Positions 62,152-64,000 of a stretch of 64,000 nucleotides of DNA are shown piece after piece. The notes under the pieces are model-generated. The model worked only from the letters and a program-made list of their open reading frames with translations, was not told where the DNA came from and searched no databases. Each line of letters opens with the position of its first letter. The first letter of the stretch is position 1. Source of the DNA: Chiloscyllium plagiosum (taxonomy: Eukaryota); the NCBI RefSeq assembly GCF_004010195.1, contig NC_057720.1, positions 19,668,401-19,732,400 on the forward strand, read 5' to 3'. The position numbers were made by a program, and so were the translations under genes.

Positions 62152-64000
62152 ATAGAGTCATAGAGTCATAGAGATGTACAGCATGGAAACAGACCCTTCG
62201 GTCCAACCAGTCCATGCCGACCAGATATCCCAACCCAATCTAGCCTCACCTACCAGCTCCCAGCCCATATCCCTCCAAACCCTTCCTATTCAAATTCCCA
62301 TCCAAATGCCTCTTAAATGTTGCAATTGTACCAACTTCCACCACTTCCTCTGGCAGCTCATTCCATACATGTACCACTCTCTGCATGAAAACATTGCCCC
62401 TTAGGTCTCTTTTGTATCTTTCCCCTCTCACCCTAAACCTACGCCCTCTAGTTCTGGTCTCCCCGACCCCAGGGAAAAGACTTTGTCTATTTACCCTATC
62501 CATGCCCCTCATAATTTTGTAAACCTCTNNNNNNNNNNNNNNNNNNNNNNNNNNNNNNNNNNNNNNNNNNNNNNNNNNNNNNNNNNNNNNNNNNNNNNNN
62601 NNNNNNNNNNNNNNNNNNNNNNNNNNNNNNNNNNNNNNNNNNNNNNNNNNNNNNNNNNNNNNNNNNNNNNNNNNNNNNNNNNNNNNNNNNNNNNNNNNNN
62701 NNNNNNNNNNNNNNNNNNNNNNNNNGTCATCTGTAAACTTACTAACTGTACCTCTTATGTTTGCATCCAAATCATTTATGTAAATGACAAAAAGTAGAGG
62801 ACCCAGCACCGATCCTTGTGGCACTCCACTGGTCACAGGCCTCCAGTCTGGAAAACAACCCTCCACCACCACCCTCTGTCTTCTACCTTTGAGCCAGTTC
62901 TGTATCCAAATGGCTAGTTCTCCCTGTATTCCATGAGATCTAACCTTGCTAATCAGTCTCCCAGGGGGAACCTTGTCAAACCCTTACTGACATCCGTATA
63001 GATCACATCTACCGCTCTGCCCTCATCAATCTTCTTTGTTACTTCTTCCAAAAACTCAATCAAGTTTGTGAGACATGATTTCCCACGCACAAAGCCATGT
63101 TGACTATCCTTAATCAGCCCCTGCCTTTCCAAATACATGTACATCCTGTCCCTCAGGATTCCCTCCAACATGTTGCCCACCACTGAGGTCAGGTTCACTG
63201 GTCTATAGTTCCCTGGCTTGTCCTTATTACCCTTCTTAAACAGTGGCACCACATTAGCCAACCTCCAGTCTTCTGACACCTCGCTTATGACTATCGATTA
63301 TACGAATATCTCAGCAAGAGACCCAGCAGTCACTTCTCCAGCTTCCCACAGAGTTCTAGGGTACACCTGATCAGGTCCTGGGGATTTATCCACCTTTACT
63401 TGTTTCAAGACATCCAGCACTTCCTCCTCTGTAATCTGGACATTTTGCAAGATGTCACCATCTATTTCCCTACAGTCTATATCTTCCATATCCATTTCCA
63501 CAGTAAGTACTGATGCAAAATACTCATTTAAACTCCCCTCCCCCCCCCATTTTCTGCGGCTCCACACAAAGGCTGCTTTACTGATCTTTGAGGGGCCCTA
63601 TTCTCTCCCTAGTTACCCTTTTGTCCTAATGTATTTGTAAAACACCTTTGGATTCTCCTTAATTCTATTTGCCAAAGCTATCTCATGCCCCCTTTTTGCC
63701 CTCCTGATTTCTCTCTTAAGTATACTCCTACTGCCTTTATACTCTTCTAAGAATTCACTTGATCTGTCCTGTCTATACTTTACATATGCTTCCTTCTTTT
63801 TCTTATCCAAACCCTCAATATCTTTAGTCAACCAGCATTCCCTGCATCTACCAGCCTTTCCTTTCATCCTAACGGGAATATACTTTCTCTGGATTCTCAT
63901 TATCTAATTTCTGAAGGCTTCCCATTTTCCAGCTGTACCTTTACCTGCGAACATCTGACCCCAATCAGCTTTCGAAACTCCTTGCCTAATACCGTCAAAA
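62152..64000 (-). mobile_element. CR1-type LINE (RT and 3' end), continues past window edge
   Basis: [43 protein letters not shown], and (ATAGAGTC)n tail. Confidence 0.92.

Overview
Vertebrate genomic DNA. The repeat content (HE1-type and Deu-type SINEs, abundant CR1/L2 LINEs, Penelope-like elements) points to a cartilaginous fish, probably a shark; this is an inference. There are several N gaps. Two convergent host genes are present. On the + strand is a complete 12-exon very-long-chain enoyl-CoA reductase of the TECR/TECRL family (ATG 9146 to TAA 43129, 351 aa). On the - strand are the last nine coding exons of ABCA4 (60019 to stop at 47268). The rest is mostly retroelements. The most notable non-obvious element is the 5' half of an endogenous retrovirus at 146-2706 (-). 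It has an LTR with TGTCAG...CTGACA ends, a tRNA-Ser PBS, a splice donor and a decayed gag, and a Tx1-type LINE has inserted beside its TATA box. The window also holds two solo LTRs, many Penelope-like fragments with minimal hammerhead-ribozyme motifs (some as TSD-flanked palindromic dimers), and two local inverted duplications in introns. All calls were made by eye; no database searches were run.
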